Source: Chloroflexota bacterium (GTDB taxonomy: Bacteria > Chloroflexota > UBA5177). Taken from it: DNA of 64,000 nucleotides. Under the pieces are notes generated by a model. The model was not told where the DNA came from. It made no database searches and saw only the letters and a list, made by a program, of their open reading frames with translations. Both the position numbers and the translations under genes were made by a program. The stretch lies in the NCBI GenBank assembly GCA_051002135.1, contig JBPCMQ010000060.1, positions 144,008 to 208,007 of the forward strand. Reading direction: 5' to 3'. Positions 8,730 through 18,336 of this stretch are shown one piece after another (the first letter of the stretch is position 1; each line of letters begins with the position of its first letter).

Positions 8730-9246
8730 ATCTCATTCAGCGGCGGTCCCGGCATGTTTTCGCGCAGATCGATGTGGGCATCACAGGTCTGGAGTATTGC
8801 CAGTCCTTTCGTGTCGATAGAGCTGACTCGCGAGGCGGCGCCCTCGGTCAGAGTTATCCGGGGAGGGCAAACCCTCACGGCAACCTTTAAGCCCAATCCG
8901 GGTGCTACCGGCAAGCCCTTCTACATGGATTCGACGTACTGCTCGACCGGTCCATCGGGCTCGTGGACGAACCAACATCTTCCCTGGACGATCCCCCTAC
9001 GCGACCCCCGTCTATCCGTACTGCAAGCAGCGGCAGTGGTGGCACGCTCATCGGGTGGCCGAATCATGCGGTGGCATTTGTGCGATACATCAGGCACTGA
9101 CAGCCGGACACTGTCGAGGAGCGACCCAGCGACGCGACGGCCCGCTCCGCACGGCAACGGTTGTCCTTGCTGATCCGATGGTCTTGTTTGTGTAGTCGAA
9201 AGGTCGCGATATTGCTATAGAGCGGGCTTGAGTATATACTAAAGGC

Positions 9247-9453
9247 ATGAGAAAAACAACCCTTACGATTGATGACGAGCTTATCGCGCAGGCCAAAGAA
9301 GCCTTGGGCACAACTGGTCTGAAAGCGACGATCGATGCCGCTTTGCGTGAGGCGGTCAAGGCGCGAGCACGGCAAAATCACGCGGAGCGGCTACGGACCA
9401 TGAACGGGCTCGACCTGGACAAACCTGAGGTGATGAACCAGGCGTGGGAATAG
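9247..9453 (+). CDS. vapB: Type II antitoxin VapB (DUF2191/RHH-like)
   Basis: [21 protein letters not shown] is the classic VapB N-terminus. It is 68 aa and overlaps the downstream PIN toxin by 10 nt. Confidence 0.8.
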   Translation: MRKTTLTIDDELIAQAKEALGTTGLKATIDAALREAVKARARQNHAERLRTMNGLDLDKPEVMNQAWE

Positions 9454-9863
9454 ACGCGACATACATGGTGGACACGAGCGCTCTTGCGCGCTTCCCCAAC
9501 CCGGCGGTCTCTGCCATTCTCGCGCCGCTTTTCGCCGCTGGTCGCGTCGCTACCTGCGGGATCATCGATCTAGAGGTGCTCTACAGCGCGCGCAACCGGG
9601 CAGACATGATGGCACTGCGGCGTGAGCGTCGGGGCTTCGTCCAGGTACCAATCCTCCCTGCTGACTTCGAGCGCGCACTTGATGTTATGACCCTCCTGGC
9701 CCGACTCGGGCAGCATCGATCCGCCCGTATACCTGATCTCCTGCTGGCTGCGACGACCGAACGCGCGGGCCTGTGTCTGCTCCACTACGACCAGGACTTC
9801 GACAGGATCGCCGAAGTTACTGGACAGTGGGCAGAGTGGGTTGTGCCACGTGGCTCCCTGTAG
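9444..9863 (+). CDS. vapC: Type II toxin VapC (PIN-domain ribonuclease)
   Basis: The PIN N-terminus YMVDTSAL contains an acidic residue, and HYDQDF lies near the C-terminus. It is 139 aa and paired with vapB. Confidence 0.85.
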   Translation: MGIDATYMVDTSALARFPNPAVSAILAPLFAAGRVATCGIIDLEVLYSARNRADMMALRRERRGFVQVPILPADFERALDVMTLLARLGQHRSARIPDLLLAATTERAGLCLLHYDQDFDRIAEVTGQWAEWVVPRGSL

Positions 9864-11010
9864 CCGCAATCAGAGCCGCCAGCAACGCGGCTCGCGGTGC
9901 GATGGAGTCCACGCGTACGTACTCGTCGGTGCTGTGCGCCCCACCCCCAATCGGCCCTAATCCATCAAGTACCGGCCGTCCGGCGGATGCGGCGGTATTG
10001 CCGTCCGAAGCTCCGCCCGTCGCGGTGTCCTTGACTTCCTGCCCTATGTCGGCCGCCAGACTCTGGTAGAGCCGAACGAGATCCGCGGTGGATTCCGACT
10101 TGTGCATCGGATGGTGATCGATGGTTATGTCAAGAGCCAGGTCGGTGCCATCAACGGAGCGATGGGAGACCGCGTCCTCGACGCGGCCAATCGTCTCCCG
10201 CAACAGGTCCAGCGAATGCGCTCGGAGCTCAAATCTGGCCTGGGCTTGGTCCGGTACCACATTAACGGGACCGCCCCCCTCGACCTTGCCAACGTTGAGC
10301 GTGACCCCCGGAATCGTCCCATTGAGGTGCTCCAGCGCGACGATGAGGTGCGCAAGCTCGTGGATCGCGCTACGTCCGTTCTTGTGGTTGACTCCGGCGT
10401 GTGCCGCCGTGCCCATCACGCGAAGCTCGCCGGTCGCCACGCCCTTACGGGCCGACACAATGTCTCCGTTCTCACGGCCGGCCTCGAGCACCAGCACGAC
10501 GTCCGCCTGCTCTGCCTCCGTTCGCACCAGCTCACGGCTGAATCGCGAGCCGGCCTCTTCATCGCTGTTGTACAAGATTGAGATCGATGCAAATGAGTCG
10601 CACGCCTGCCGGCGGAGCAGTCGCAGCGCATAGAGTATGGACAGAACGCCCGCCTTCATATCGCAGGTTCCCGGCCCGATGGCTCTCGCGCCATCGAGAG
10701 CGAAGGGACGCTCAGCAACAGTGCCTGCGGCGTAGACCGTATCCATATGCCCTAGAAGCAGCACCTTCCCCGCACCCGCGCCCTCGAATCCGACGACGAT
10801 GTTGTCGCCTACGGCGCCCTGCCGATGAATCTGGATGTGGCCGTCCATAGCCTCGTATTGAGCTTGCAGCCAAGCGCCAACGAGATCGACTCCTGCCTTG
10901 TCGTGCGTCCCGGAATCGATCGAGACCAAAGTCTTTAGATCCAACAGGTAGTCTTCGAGGAGCGCTTCCATGTCCACGACTGCTGTTTGCAGATCGAAGC
11001 CGCGGCTCAT
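9817..11010 (-). CDS. M20 family metallopeptidase (ArgE/DapE/carboxypeptidase G2-like)
   Basis: Metal-binding motifs HMDTV, DMKAG and SDEEAGS are present. The protein is 397 aa. Confidence 0.85.
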   Translation of the reverse strand: MSRGFDLQTAVVDMEALLEDYLLDLKTLVSIDSGTHDKAGVDLVGAWLQAQYEAMDGHIQIHRQGAVGDNIVVGFEGAGAGKVLLLGHMDTVYAAGTVAERPFALDGARAIGPGTCDMKAGVLSILYALRLLRRQACDSFASISILYNSDEEAGSRFSRELVRTEAEQADVVLVLEAGRENGDIVSARKGVATGELRVMGTAAHAGVNHKNGRSAIHELAHLIVALEHLNGTIPGVTLNVGKVEGGGPVNVVPDQAQARFELRAHSLDLLRETIGRVEDAVSHRSVDGTDLALDITIDHHPMHKSESTADLVRLYQSLAADIGQEVKDTATGGASDGNTAASAGRPVLDGLGPIGGGAHSTDEYVRVDSIAPRAALLAALIAATGSHVAQPTLPTVQ

Positions 11011-11070
11011 AATGGTGCCGCATTCCGTAGCTGGCGCAGTCCAGCAGCTTCGCGGAGGGAATCCACTCGT

Positions 11071-12036
11071 TTATCTCCTAAAGCCGACCTGGCGGTGCTG
11101 GGCGTAGGCGGGAAGCGCCAGGAGCCACTTCTCCACGCTACCGACCCTTGCCCTCTCGGTGAAGACGTCGAAGTTTCGCCGCTCAATCTTGACGAGGATC
11201 TGCTCGTAGAGGCGAGCGGAAAGGTGGACGGCGAACTTCGCGTAGGGGTCCAGAAGACCGGTACCGTCCTCGCCTCGCCGATAACGTTGGCGCGCCTCGC
11301 TCATCAAGAGCCGCATGACCGTGCGGAGCCCCGGGGAAAGGTGCCCCATGCGCACGGAATCCGGCGAGCAGCCGGCGCGAGCCAGCTCGGCCAGCGGCAG
11401 GTAGAGCCTGTCCCTACGGACGTCTTCGCCAACATCGCGCAGGATATTCGTGATTTGCATCGCGACCCCGAGATCGTTCGCAGCCTCGAATGCCTCTGGA
11501 GCTTCCGCCCCCAGGACATGCGCCATCACGATGCCGACACTGCCGGCCACGAGCGTGCAGTAGTGAATCAGCTCCTCGAGCGTGTCCACGGTTTGCATCC
11601 GCACGTCAAAGCGCGCGCCCTCGATTACTGTGACGAAGTGCTCGATTGGAATCCGATACCGGTCCGCCACTCGCAGCATCGGGCCCAGCGACGGAAAGGC
11701 TTCAGCCCGGCGGCCTAACAGCGCATCTTCCCATCGGCGTAGCTCCGCGAAAACCTCGTCTACGGACCCGTGTCCCGGCTCATCGACGAGGTCGTCGATC
11801 GTCCGAAAGTAGGCATATATCAGACGAACGTCGGACCTCACGGGTTGTGGCAGAAACAGAGACGCCAGATAGAACGTCCGCGCCCTTGAGCGCATCGCGG
11901 TATCCGGCCGCAGTAACGCCGGCGAGCATGGGACTCTACGCACCTGCCCAGTCCTCCTCCACGCGCTCCGCCGTGAGGCGGGATCCCATGATGACCATGG
12001 GGACGCCGCCCCCAGGCACCGTGCTCGCTCCGACAA
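11071..12036 (-). CDS. crtB: Phytoene synthase (squalene/phytoene synthase family)
   Basis: RTFYLASLFLP and YAYFRTIDDLVDE match the Asp-rich substrate-binding motif. The ORF's N-terminal extension overlaps crtI, so the true start is likely downstream. Confidence 0.8.
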   Translation of the reverse strand: MSERARCLGAASPWSSWDPASRRSAWRRTGQVRRVPCSPALLRPDTAMRSRARTFYLASLFLPQPVRSDVRLIYAYFRTIDDLVDEPGHGSVDEVFAELRRWEDALLGRRAEAFPSLGPMLRVADRYRIPIEHFVTVIEGARFDVRMQTVDTLEELIHYCTLVAGSVGIVMAHVLGAEAPEAFEAANDLGVAMQITNILRDVGEDVRRDRLYLPLAELARAGCSPDSVRMGHLSPGLRTVMRLLMSEARQRYRRGEDGTGLLDPYAKFAVHLSARLYEQILVKIERRNFDVFTERARVGSVEKWLLALPAYAQHRQVGFRR

Positions 12037-13432
12037 AGTACAGGTTGTCCAGGCCGGCGGCCTTGTTTGCCGGTCGCATGTACCCGACCTGGAAGAAACT
12101 GTGGGACAGGCCGAATGCGGACCCGCGGGTTACGTTGTAGTCGGCCACGAAGTCGTCGGGTGTGTAGATGCGCTCGAACACGACATGATCCTTGAGCTTC
12201 TGGAGGCCGACGTCCGTCAGGCGGTCATATATCTTCTGTTTGAACGCCTCGATCTCGCTGGTCCAATCGGTTGCTGGAGAGGAGCTGGGCACCGGCACCA
12301 GCACGTATAAACCCTCTTTACCGGCCGGCGCCAAGGAGCGATCAGTGCGGCCGGCAGCGCAGGTATAAAACGAGGGGTCATCCGGAAGACGACCGTGTCG
12401 GAAGATCGCGTCGAAGTTTCCGGCGACGTCGGCGGAGAGGTACACGTCGTGGTGATTCAGCTCCGGGTACTCTCGATCGAGTCCGAGAAACATCAGAAAC
12501 GCCGAGGAGCCGTGGTTGAGATGCCTCATCCTTGTCCGGTGCGCGGCGCTCTGCGCTTGCCTGGGTATCAGCGCATCATAGACGTACGGAAGATCGGCGT
12601 TGGCTATCACAACGTCCGCGTCGACGATTCTGCCGTCGGTAAGCTCGACCGCAAGCACGCGGCGGCCCCGCACCCGGATCCTCTCCACCTCGGCTCGCGT
12701 CTGCACACACACGCCCAAGGTCTCCGCCAGGCCGCGAAGACTCTCCACGATCTGGTACATGCCACCTCGGGGAAACCATATGCCCTGTTCAAGCTCCGTG
12801 TAGGGGAGGAGCGAATACACAGCCGGGGCATGATGCGGTGCGAGTCCGAGATACATGCTCTGAAACGTGACCGCGGCGACAATACGCGGGTCCTTGAAGT
12901 AACGGCGCGCGTGTCTGTCGAGCTTACGCAGCGTGTTGGTTGAGAAGAGATAGTACAGGTTGGCAGGCGTCGTGAACTGGTACAGATGATTGAAGTTGCG
13001 CTCCACGAAGCGGTCTCGCGACACCCGGTACTTGTAGCCGGCGTCATCGATATAGCGCCGAAAAGCATCTGCCGCTCCCGGTTCCAGGTCCTCCAGCTGC
13101 CGCGCCATCTTCTCTCGATGGGACGAGAACTCGAGGCTCCAGCCGTCCGCGAAGTGGACACAATAGTTGGGATGAATGCGCACGAGTTCGAGGTAATCTT
13201 CGAGGTCGTGGCCCACGGAGGCGAACAGGTTGTCGAGAACATCTCGCATCAGCAGAAGCGTCGGACCGGTGTCGAAGGTGAAGCCGTCCTCTCGCAGGAC
13301 GTTGCATCTACCACCGACACAGTTGTTCTTCTCCAGGACCGTCACGTCCCACCCGGCGTGCCGCAATCGAATGGCCGTCGCGAGCCCGCCGAGACCTGCC
13401 CCTACGACAACCGCTGACCTTCGCACACGCAC
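11936..13432 (-). CDS. crtI: Phytoene desaturase (CrtI family FAD-dependent oxidoreductase)
   Basis: N-terminal FAD motif VVVGAGLGGLATAIRL..VTVLEKNNCVGGR. It is 498 aa and lies upstream of crtB. Confidence 0.85.
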   Translation of the reverse strand: MRVRRSAVVVGAGLGGLATAIRLRHAGWDVTVLEKNNCVGGRCNVLREDGFTFDTGPTLLLMRDVLDNLFASVGHDLEDYLELVRIHPNYCVHFADGWSLEFSSHREKMARQLEDLEPGAADAFRRYIDDAGYKYRVSRDRFVERNFNHLYQFTTPANLYYLFSTNTLRKLDRHARRYFKDPRIVAAVTFQSMYLGLAPHHAPAVYSLLPYTELEQGIWFPRGGMYQIVESLRGLAETLGVCVQTRAEVERIRVRGRRVLAVELTDGRIVDADVVIANADLPYVYDALIPRQAQSAAHRTRMRHLNHGSSAFLMFLGLDREYPELNHHDVYLSADVAGNFDAIFRHGRLPDDPSFYTCAAGRTDRSLAPAGKEGLYVLVPVPSSSPATDWTSEIEAFKQKIYDRLTDVGLQKLKDHVVFERIYTPDDFVADYNVTRGSAFGLSHSFFQVGYMRPANKAAGLDNLYFVGASTVPGGGVPMVIMGSRLTAERVEEDWAGA

Positions 13433-13659
13433 CCCCAGTACTTTCCAAGGTATCAGTGATGCGGCTCGGAGAAAGACGTCTGTTTCCGAACCGCATCCAG
13501 ACTGGGTGCGTGCCGGTACACTAGAGCGCGTCAGCAGGAGGCCATAACGGTAAATAATGGCTCGGCGGGACGGCTCGAGCGCCCAAGCATGATCGAAGGA
13601 TGGTAGTGAGCCAGAGGTGAGAGATCGCGCGTCGCACAGCCGGCCCTAGTCCGCCAGTC

Positions 13660-15168
13660 ATGCAGCGCCCCGACGATGCGGATCTCGTTGCCGCCGAATT
13701 AGGAAACGAAGTGAGTGCGCCCCGGCGCGAGCCCGCGCGCGCTGTGCTGAGACGCGCGGCTCACGCCTATCGGAGCGGTATCATTGCGGCCGTCCCCGCC
13801 ACCGTTCTGACCTCCGGCATCGCCATCTTCGCCGGTTGGCCATCGCCGCTCGAAGCGACGGCGGAGCAGGTGATGGAGTGGACTCCGGTAGGAGTCGCCG
13901 AGTTCTTGCTCTTCCACCTCGGAAACGCGGCGCGGCCCGCGGCCCTCGTCGGCGCTCTAGCGATCACCATGTTTGTCACAGGCTCTGCCGGCGTGTCGCG
14001 TGTGCTCTTCGGGTGTGGATTCATGAGACAGCTGATTGGCACGGGGCTTTCCTCGGCTCTATTGGCCGGCGTTTTTCTCAGCGCTATTCCCTCGAGTAAT
14101 CGCGCGGCCGGCCTCTGTTTCGTTGCCGCGCTTATTATCTGTCTCGCGGTAGCATCCACGCCCCGGAGAGACGTGCCCGGACGCCGCGCCTTCCTCCAAG
14201 AGAACCTCCTGATGTTCGGAGGCATTGGCGCCTTGCTGACGATGTTCACCGTTCAACCGCTGCTTCGTGCGCTGACGCTGAAGCGCTTCTTCCCATTTCA
14301 TGCTCCTGCCGGCCTCGCGGTCGCGGGCCTCACGCCTTTGATCACTCCAAGCGGCCGCTTCTATCAGATGGACAAGGTGCTCCAGTATCCAGCCATTGGG
14401 CCGCCCAGCTGGATACTGACCATAGAAGGCATCGTTGACAAGCGCGTGACTCTCGACTACGGAGCGTTGCTGACACGACACGCCGTCGATCGCTATGTCA
14501 CCGTGGAGTGTGTCGATAATCCCGTCGGTGGTCCACTGATAGGCACGGCGCTTTGGACGGGCGTGCCGGTGGAGGACCTGCTCCGGCTCTCAGGGGCTCG
14601 TGGCGACACCGTGGTGTTTCAAAGCGCCGACGACTACGAGGAAAGCGCACCCCGTGCGGTGCTCGAACAGCAGGGAGCCCTGATCGCCTACGTCATGAAC
14701 GGAGAGGCACTTCCTCGATCCCACGGATATCCAGCTCGCCTTATCCTGCCCGGAATCTACGGGTTCAAGAGCGTGAAATGGATCACACATCTTCGCGTCG
14801 TCAACGGATCGCAGGCCGGCAACTGGCACGCTCACGGATGGACCGAGGGGGCGCCCGTCCACACAACGACGCGCATCGACGTTGCGCGCCGAGAAGGGTC
14901 CGACATTCTGGTCGCAGGCATCGCCTTCGGAGGTGCACGCGGAATCCGAGCAGTTGAAGTTCGCGCCAACGGCGGTCCGTGGCGCCGCGCCAACCTGGGA
15001 ATGTCGCTTTCGTTCGACACCTGGGTCCAATGGGCCGTTCGCCTCAGGGGATCGGGTCTTGCCCGAATCGAAGCGCGAGCGATTGACGGAGACGGCGTTC
15101 CACAGACGCCTCGACGCCACGCCGCATATCCCGATGGATCGACCGGATGGGCATCCGCGGAGGTGTAG
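13660..15168 (+). CDS. Molybdopterin-dependent oxidoreductase (sulfite oxidase / MsrP-like domain) with an N-terminal membrane domain
   Basis: The C-terminal domain VTVECVDNPVGGPLIGTALWTGVP...GYPARLILPGIYGFKSVKWI is typical of the SO-family Mo domain. The N-terminus has multiple hydrophobic segments. Confidence 0.8.
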   Translation: MQRPDDADLVAAELGNEVSAPRREPARAVLRRAAHAYRSGIIAAVPATVLTSGIAIFAGWPSPLEATAEQVMEWTPVGVAEFLLFHLGNAARPAALVGALAITMFVTGSAGVSRVLFGCGFMRQLIGTGLSSALLAGVFLSAIPSSNRAAGLCFVAALIICLAVASTPRRDVPGRRAFLQENLLMFGGIGALLTMFTVQPLLRALTLKRFFPFHAPAGLAVAGLTPLITPSGRFYQMDKVLQYPAIGPPSWILTIEGIVDKRVTLDYGALLTRHAVDRYVTVECVDNPVGGPLIGTALWTGVPVEDLLRLSGARGDTVVFQSADDYEESAPRAVLEQQGALIAYVMNGEALPRSHGYPARLILPGIYGFKSVKWITHLRVVNGSQAGNWHAHGWTEGAPVHTTTRIDVARREGSDILVAGIAFGGARGIRAVEVRANGGPWRRANLGMSLSFDTWVQWAVRLRGSGLARIEARAIDGDGVPQTPRRHAAYPDGSTGWASAEV

Positions 15169-16217
15169 CGGCCCAAGGCCTGGTGCTCGCTCACATTCTC
15201 TTCGGGTGGCTTTCATGGCGCAATTATCGACGAATGCCGCACCTGGATGAGAGTCTCCGGTGTGAGAACTTTCCGTCCGTCTCGATCGTCATACCGGCGC
15301 GCAACGAAGAATCGAGACTACCCGCATTGTTACGCTCACTCGCGGCACTGGACTATCCGGACCTCGAGGTGGTGGTCGTGGACGATCAGTCGATTGATGG
15401 GACGGCTCGAGTCGCTAGAGACTTTGGCGTCCGCGTTATCGAAGGAGCGGAAGCTCCGTCCGGATGGACGGGAAAATGCTGGGCGTGTTGGCAAGGAGCG
15501 GCGATGACAACCGGAACATACCTGCTCTTTACGGATGCGGACACTGTGCACGGCACGCGGAGCCTGACCCGAGCGATTCAGGCCGCGACTTCGCGCCGAG
15601 CCGCTCTGCTGTCGTTGCTACCCCGGCACCGGTGCGAGACCTTCTGGGAACGGCTGCTCGTCCCCTACGCATACGCGCTCTACTTTGCCGGCGGCCGGCG
15701 AGGAACGGGGATCGCAAACGGTCAGTACATGTTGTTTGAGGGCGACGCGTACCAACGCACGGGCGGCCACCGGGCGGTGCGCGGCAGCCTCGTCGAAGAC
15801 GTCGATATCGCGTCTCGCATAGCGAACGCCGGAGAGCGTGTGCTTCTGTTGCGTGCCGAACGGGACGTGTCGGTCCGGATGTATGACGGACTCGCGAGCA
15901 TTTGGGAGGGATTCGGCAAAAACGCATTTCGTTTCATCGCCGCTTCTCCCCGTTCCGGTCTTGTGACGGCCGCGGCAACCGTGGCCTTCGCCTCGGCGGT
16001 ACCTCGAGCCTTCCGGACGCCGCGATGGAGGGGCCGCATCGCGCTATATCTTACGCCGGCCGCGGCGCTGGTGCCATGGCTTCGTCGGGCCGACGTTCCG
16101 GCCGCGTACGCCCTGCTTCACCCGCTGGCCTCGGCCACGTTTCAGGTCCTCGCGCTCGACTCGATGCGTCGTGCCGCTCTTCGTCGGGGCACCGTGTGGA
16201 AGGGCAGGCGATATTGA
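15147..16217 (+). CDS. Family 2 glycosyltransferase (possible carotenoid glycosyltransferase, given the context)
   Basis: VSIVIPARNEE...VVVVDDQSIDGT...FTDADTV are GT2 motifs. It is adjacent to the crt genes. Confidence 0.8.
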   Translation: MGIRGGVAAQGLVLAHILFGWLSWRNYRRMPHLDESLRCENFPSVSIVIPARNEESRLPALLRSLAALDYPDLEVVVVDDQSIDGTARVARDFGVRVIEGAEAPSGWTGKCWACWQGAAMTTGTYLLFTDADTVHGTRSLTRAIQAATSRRAALLSLLPRHRCETFWERLLVPYAYALYFAGGRRGTGIANGQYMLFEGDAYQRTGGHRAVRGSLVEDVDIASRIANAGERVLLLRAERDVSVRMYDGLASIWEGFGKNAFRFIAASPRSGLVTAAATVAFASAVPRAFRTPRWRGRIALYLTPAAALVPWLRRADVPAAYALLHPLASATFQVLALDSMRRAALRRGTVWKGRRY

Positions 16218-16977
16218 GATCGACGATACTCTCGGGATCCTGTTCAGCCTAGGCGAGCGCGAAAGGGAGATAGGGGTGGCACGGTGGACGCGCGCGGCGC
16301 GTAAGCTCGATCTTCGACCGCGGTCGCGCGTGCTGGATCTTGGGTGTGCCTTCGGATTCGGAACCCGCTTCCTCGCAACGCGGTACAGAGCCTTCGGGCA
16401 CGATCTCTCGCCGCAATACATCGAGCAGGCAAAAAAGAGCGTGCCTTCGGGCACGTTTACGTGCGGCTCAGCGGACAGCGTGCCCTATCCTGATGGATTC
16501 TTCGATGGCATTGTGATGCTAGACGTCCTCGAACACGTGCCACGCGAGGAGCCGGTCATCGACGAATTGGCAAGGGTATTGCGTCCAGGCGGGAGGCTGA
16601 TTCTGAGCGTCCCCCACCGAGGCGCTCTCTCGAGGGCGGACTCGCTGAACGTCTACCAGCATGTTTTTCGCGGCCGCGTGTCTGCTCCCACGGATGATCC
16701 CTCGTGGCCGGCCTCTCCTCGCCACCGGCATTACACCCTCGCCGATATGCGAGGGAGGCTCGAACCCGGGTTCCGACTTCTGGACGTCGAATATTCAGGT
16801 CTGGGCATCGCCGAGCTTGTAAACCTGCCGCTCTTGATGGTGATGCGCCCGTGGCAGCGGCTACATCGCCTGTACGACCTGGCGCAGTACCTGTACTTCG
16901 GCGTTTACCTTCTCGAGGATATGATTCCCACCGGCTCCTGGGGATACCACATGATGATCACGGCCGAGAGAGCGTGA
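16171..16977 (+). CDS. Class I SAM-dependent methyltransferase
   Basis: SAM motif I VLDLGCAFGFG, plus DGIVMLDVLEHV and LRPGGRLILSVP. The start is probably downstream of the ORF-track start. Confidence 0.75.
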   Translation: MPLFVGAPCGRAGDIEIDDTLGILFSLGEREREIGVARWTRAARKLDLRPRSRVLDLGCAFGFGTRFLATRYRAFGHDLSPQYIEQAKKSVPSGTFTCGSADSVPYPDGFFDGIVMLDVLEHVPREEPVIDELARVLRPGGRLILSVPHRGALSRADSLNVYQHVFRGRVSAPTDDPSWPASPRHRHYTLADMRGRLEPGFRLLDVEYSGLGIAELVNLPLLMVMRPWQRLHRLYDLAQYLYFGVYLLEDMIPTGSWGYHMMITAERA

Positions 16978-17006
16978 ACCCGACGCATGGCGCGTGGCCG
17001 TGACGC

Positions 17007-17840
17007 TCAAGCCAGGATCTCGATGCTGATCGCTCTCGACGGTAGGCCGCAGGCCGGACGGCAGGCCGCCGACAGGACGATGGTGGCCGTGCCCGGTGCA
17101 ATCGCTTTGTAAATCCAGAATCGCGTCGTGAACGACAGCGCGCACGAGGGATCTCCTATGCACGACAGATCGCCTCGGACGCCGGATGTGATGTACTGCA
17201 ATGTACCCGCGTTGCCGCTCGAGACCGAGACCTGGTATGGGGTGTCCAAGGGCACGAACACCTCGATGGTGTCGCTTATGTGTACCTGGTATACCCCATT
17301 CGGCGCGAGAGCGTTGATGGAGATGGTTGGAGTCGCGCTGATGGTGGCCGATTGGGTCGTCAAAGTGATGGCGCGTGCCGTGGAGCTGTAGACCCAGATG
17401 CTTTGCCCAACACCGATGTTTCGCAGCAGATCGTACCGCTGAGTAGCGGAGTCCCAGAAAAATCCGGCTTCACCCGCCAGCAGCTCAGCCACCTGCGAGA
17501 AGGGGTCGCCAAGAAGACCCCAGCCGGCGGGAAGCGCGCATATTGCGGTTTGGACGGAAGAATCCATCGGCAGGGATACCGAGGTGGGCTTGTCGAAGTA
17601 AGCCCACAGACCGCGGCAGCCATTCGACACGCTGCTGCTCGGAGCAGAGTATCCAGTTTGCGATGTGTACGCGAGCAAACGCGAAGCGGCGCCAAAATTG
17701 GTTCCGGGCGGACCACCCACCATGTTCCAGCCTGGTGGGTAGGTCGGTATCACCGTGTGTGTCTGGGCACCGACGTTCGCAGTCAAGCAGGCGAATGCCA
17801 ACGCCACAAGAGTCAGCGACCGTGCAACATGCCGAATCAT
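17007..17840 (-). CDS. Hypothetical secreted protein
   Basis: An internal start MIRHVARSLTLVALAFACLTANVGA gives a signal peptide. It is Ser/Thr-rich with no recognised family. Confidence 0.6.
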   Translation of the reverse strand: MIRHVARSLTLVALAFACLTANVGAQTHTVIPTYPPGWNMVGGPPGTNFGAASRLLAYTSQTGYSAPSSSVSNGCRGLWAYFDKPTSVSLPMDSSVQTAICALPAGWGLLGDPFSQVAELLAGEAGFFWDSATQRYDLLRNIGVGQSIWVYSSTARAITLTTQSATISATPTISINALAPNGVYQVHISDTIEVFVPLDTPYQVSVSSGNAGTLQYITSGVRGDLSCIGDPSCALSFTTRFWIYKAIAPGTATIVLSAACRPACGLPSRAISIEILA

Positions 17841-17935
17841 CTCATCCTCCTCGCATGTCTCTACGAGTAACAACGAAAGACAGGGTCTTTTTGTAATCCT
17901 GGTTGACCGAGTTTTTCGAAGACCCTAGACTTGGG

Positions 17936-18320
17936 AGTCCAAGCAAGCCGGGCGGTTGCGTGCGGCGAGGCCGTACGAGGAAAGTCCGAGCTCCATAGAG
18001 CAGGGTGCTGGGTAACACCCAGTGGGGGCGACCCCAAGGAAAGTGCCACAGAAACATACCGCCGGCCTTGGCCGGCAAGGGTGAAATGGTGAGGCAAGAG
18101 CTCACCGGCAGCAGGGTGATCTGCTGGCCGGGTAAACCCCACCTGGAGCAAGACCGTGTAGGAAGGCGATGCGCTCCGGCGCGTCGGGGCTGCTCGTCCT
18201 GGTCCTTCGGGTAAGGTCGCTTGAGGCAACGAGAAATCGCTGCCCTAGATAGATGATCGCCACCCGCTCGGTCGCAAGGCCGGGAGGGAACAGAACTCGG
18301 CTTACGGCTTGCTTGGGCCC
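17936..18320 (+). ncRNA. rnpB: RNase P RNA (bacterial type A)
   Basis: Conserved elements are GGAAAGTCCGAGCTCC, AGGGTGCTGGGTAACACCCAG, GGAAAGTGCCACAGAAACATACCGCC, GGTAAACCCCACC and ACAGAACTCGGCTTA. P1 pairs 17939-17950 with 18305-18316. All ORFs in this interval are spurious. Confidence 0.9.
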
Positions 18321-18330
18321 CTTTTGGGGC
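18315..18330. terminator. Short GC hairpin (GGCCCC-TTTT-GGGGC) between the rnpB 3' end and the convergent tlpA 3' end
   Basis: A 5-bp GC stem with a TTTT loop, with no following U-tract; the call is weak. Confidence 0.25.
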
Positions 18331-18336
18331 ACGCCA

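Noticed and set aside
10987-11718. 243-aa + ORF
   Set aside because: It is antisense to phytoene synthase (crtB), which has the Asp-rich motifs. The composition is not protein-like.
17861-18332. Three ORFs of 69-122 aa
   Set aside because: They overlap the RNase P RNA gene; they are non-coding.
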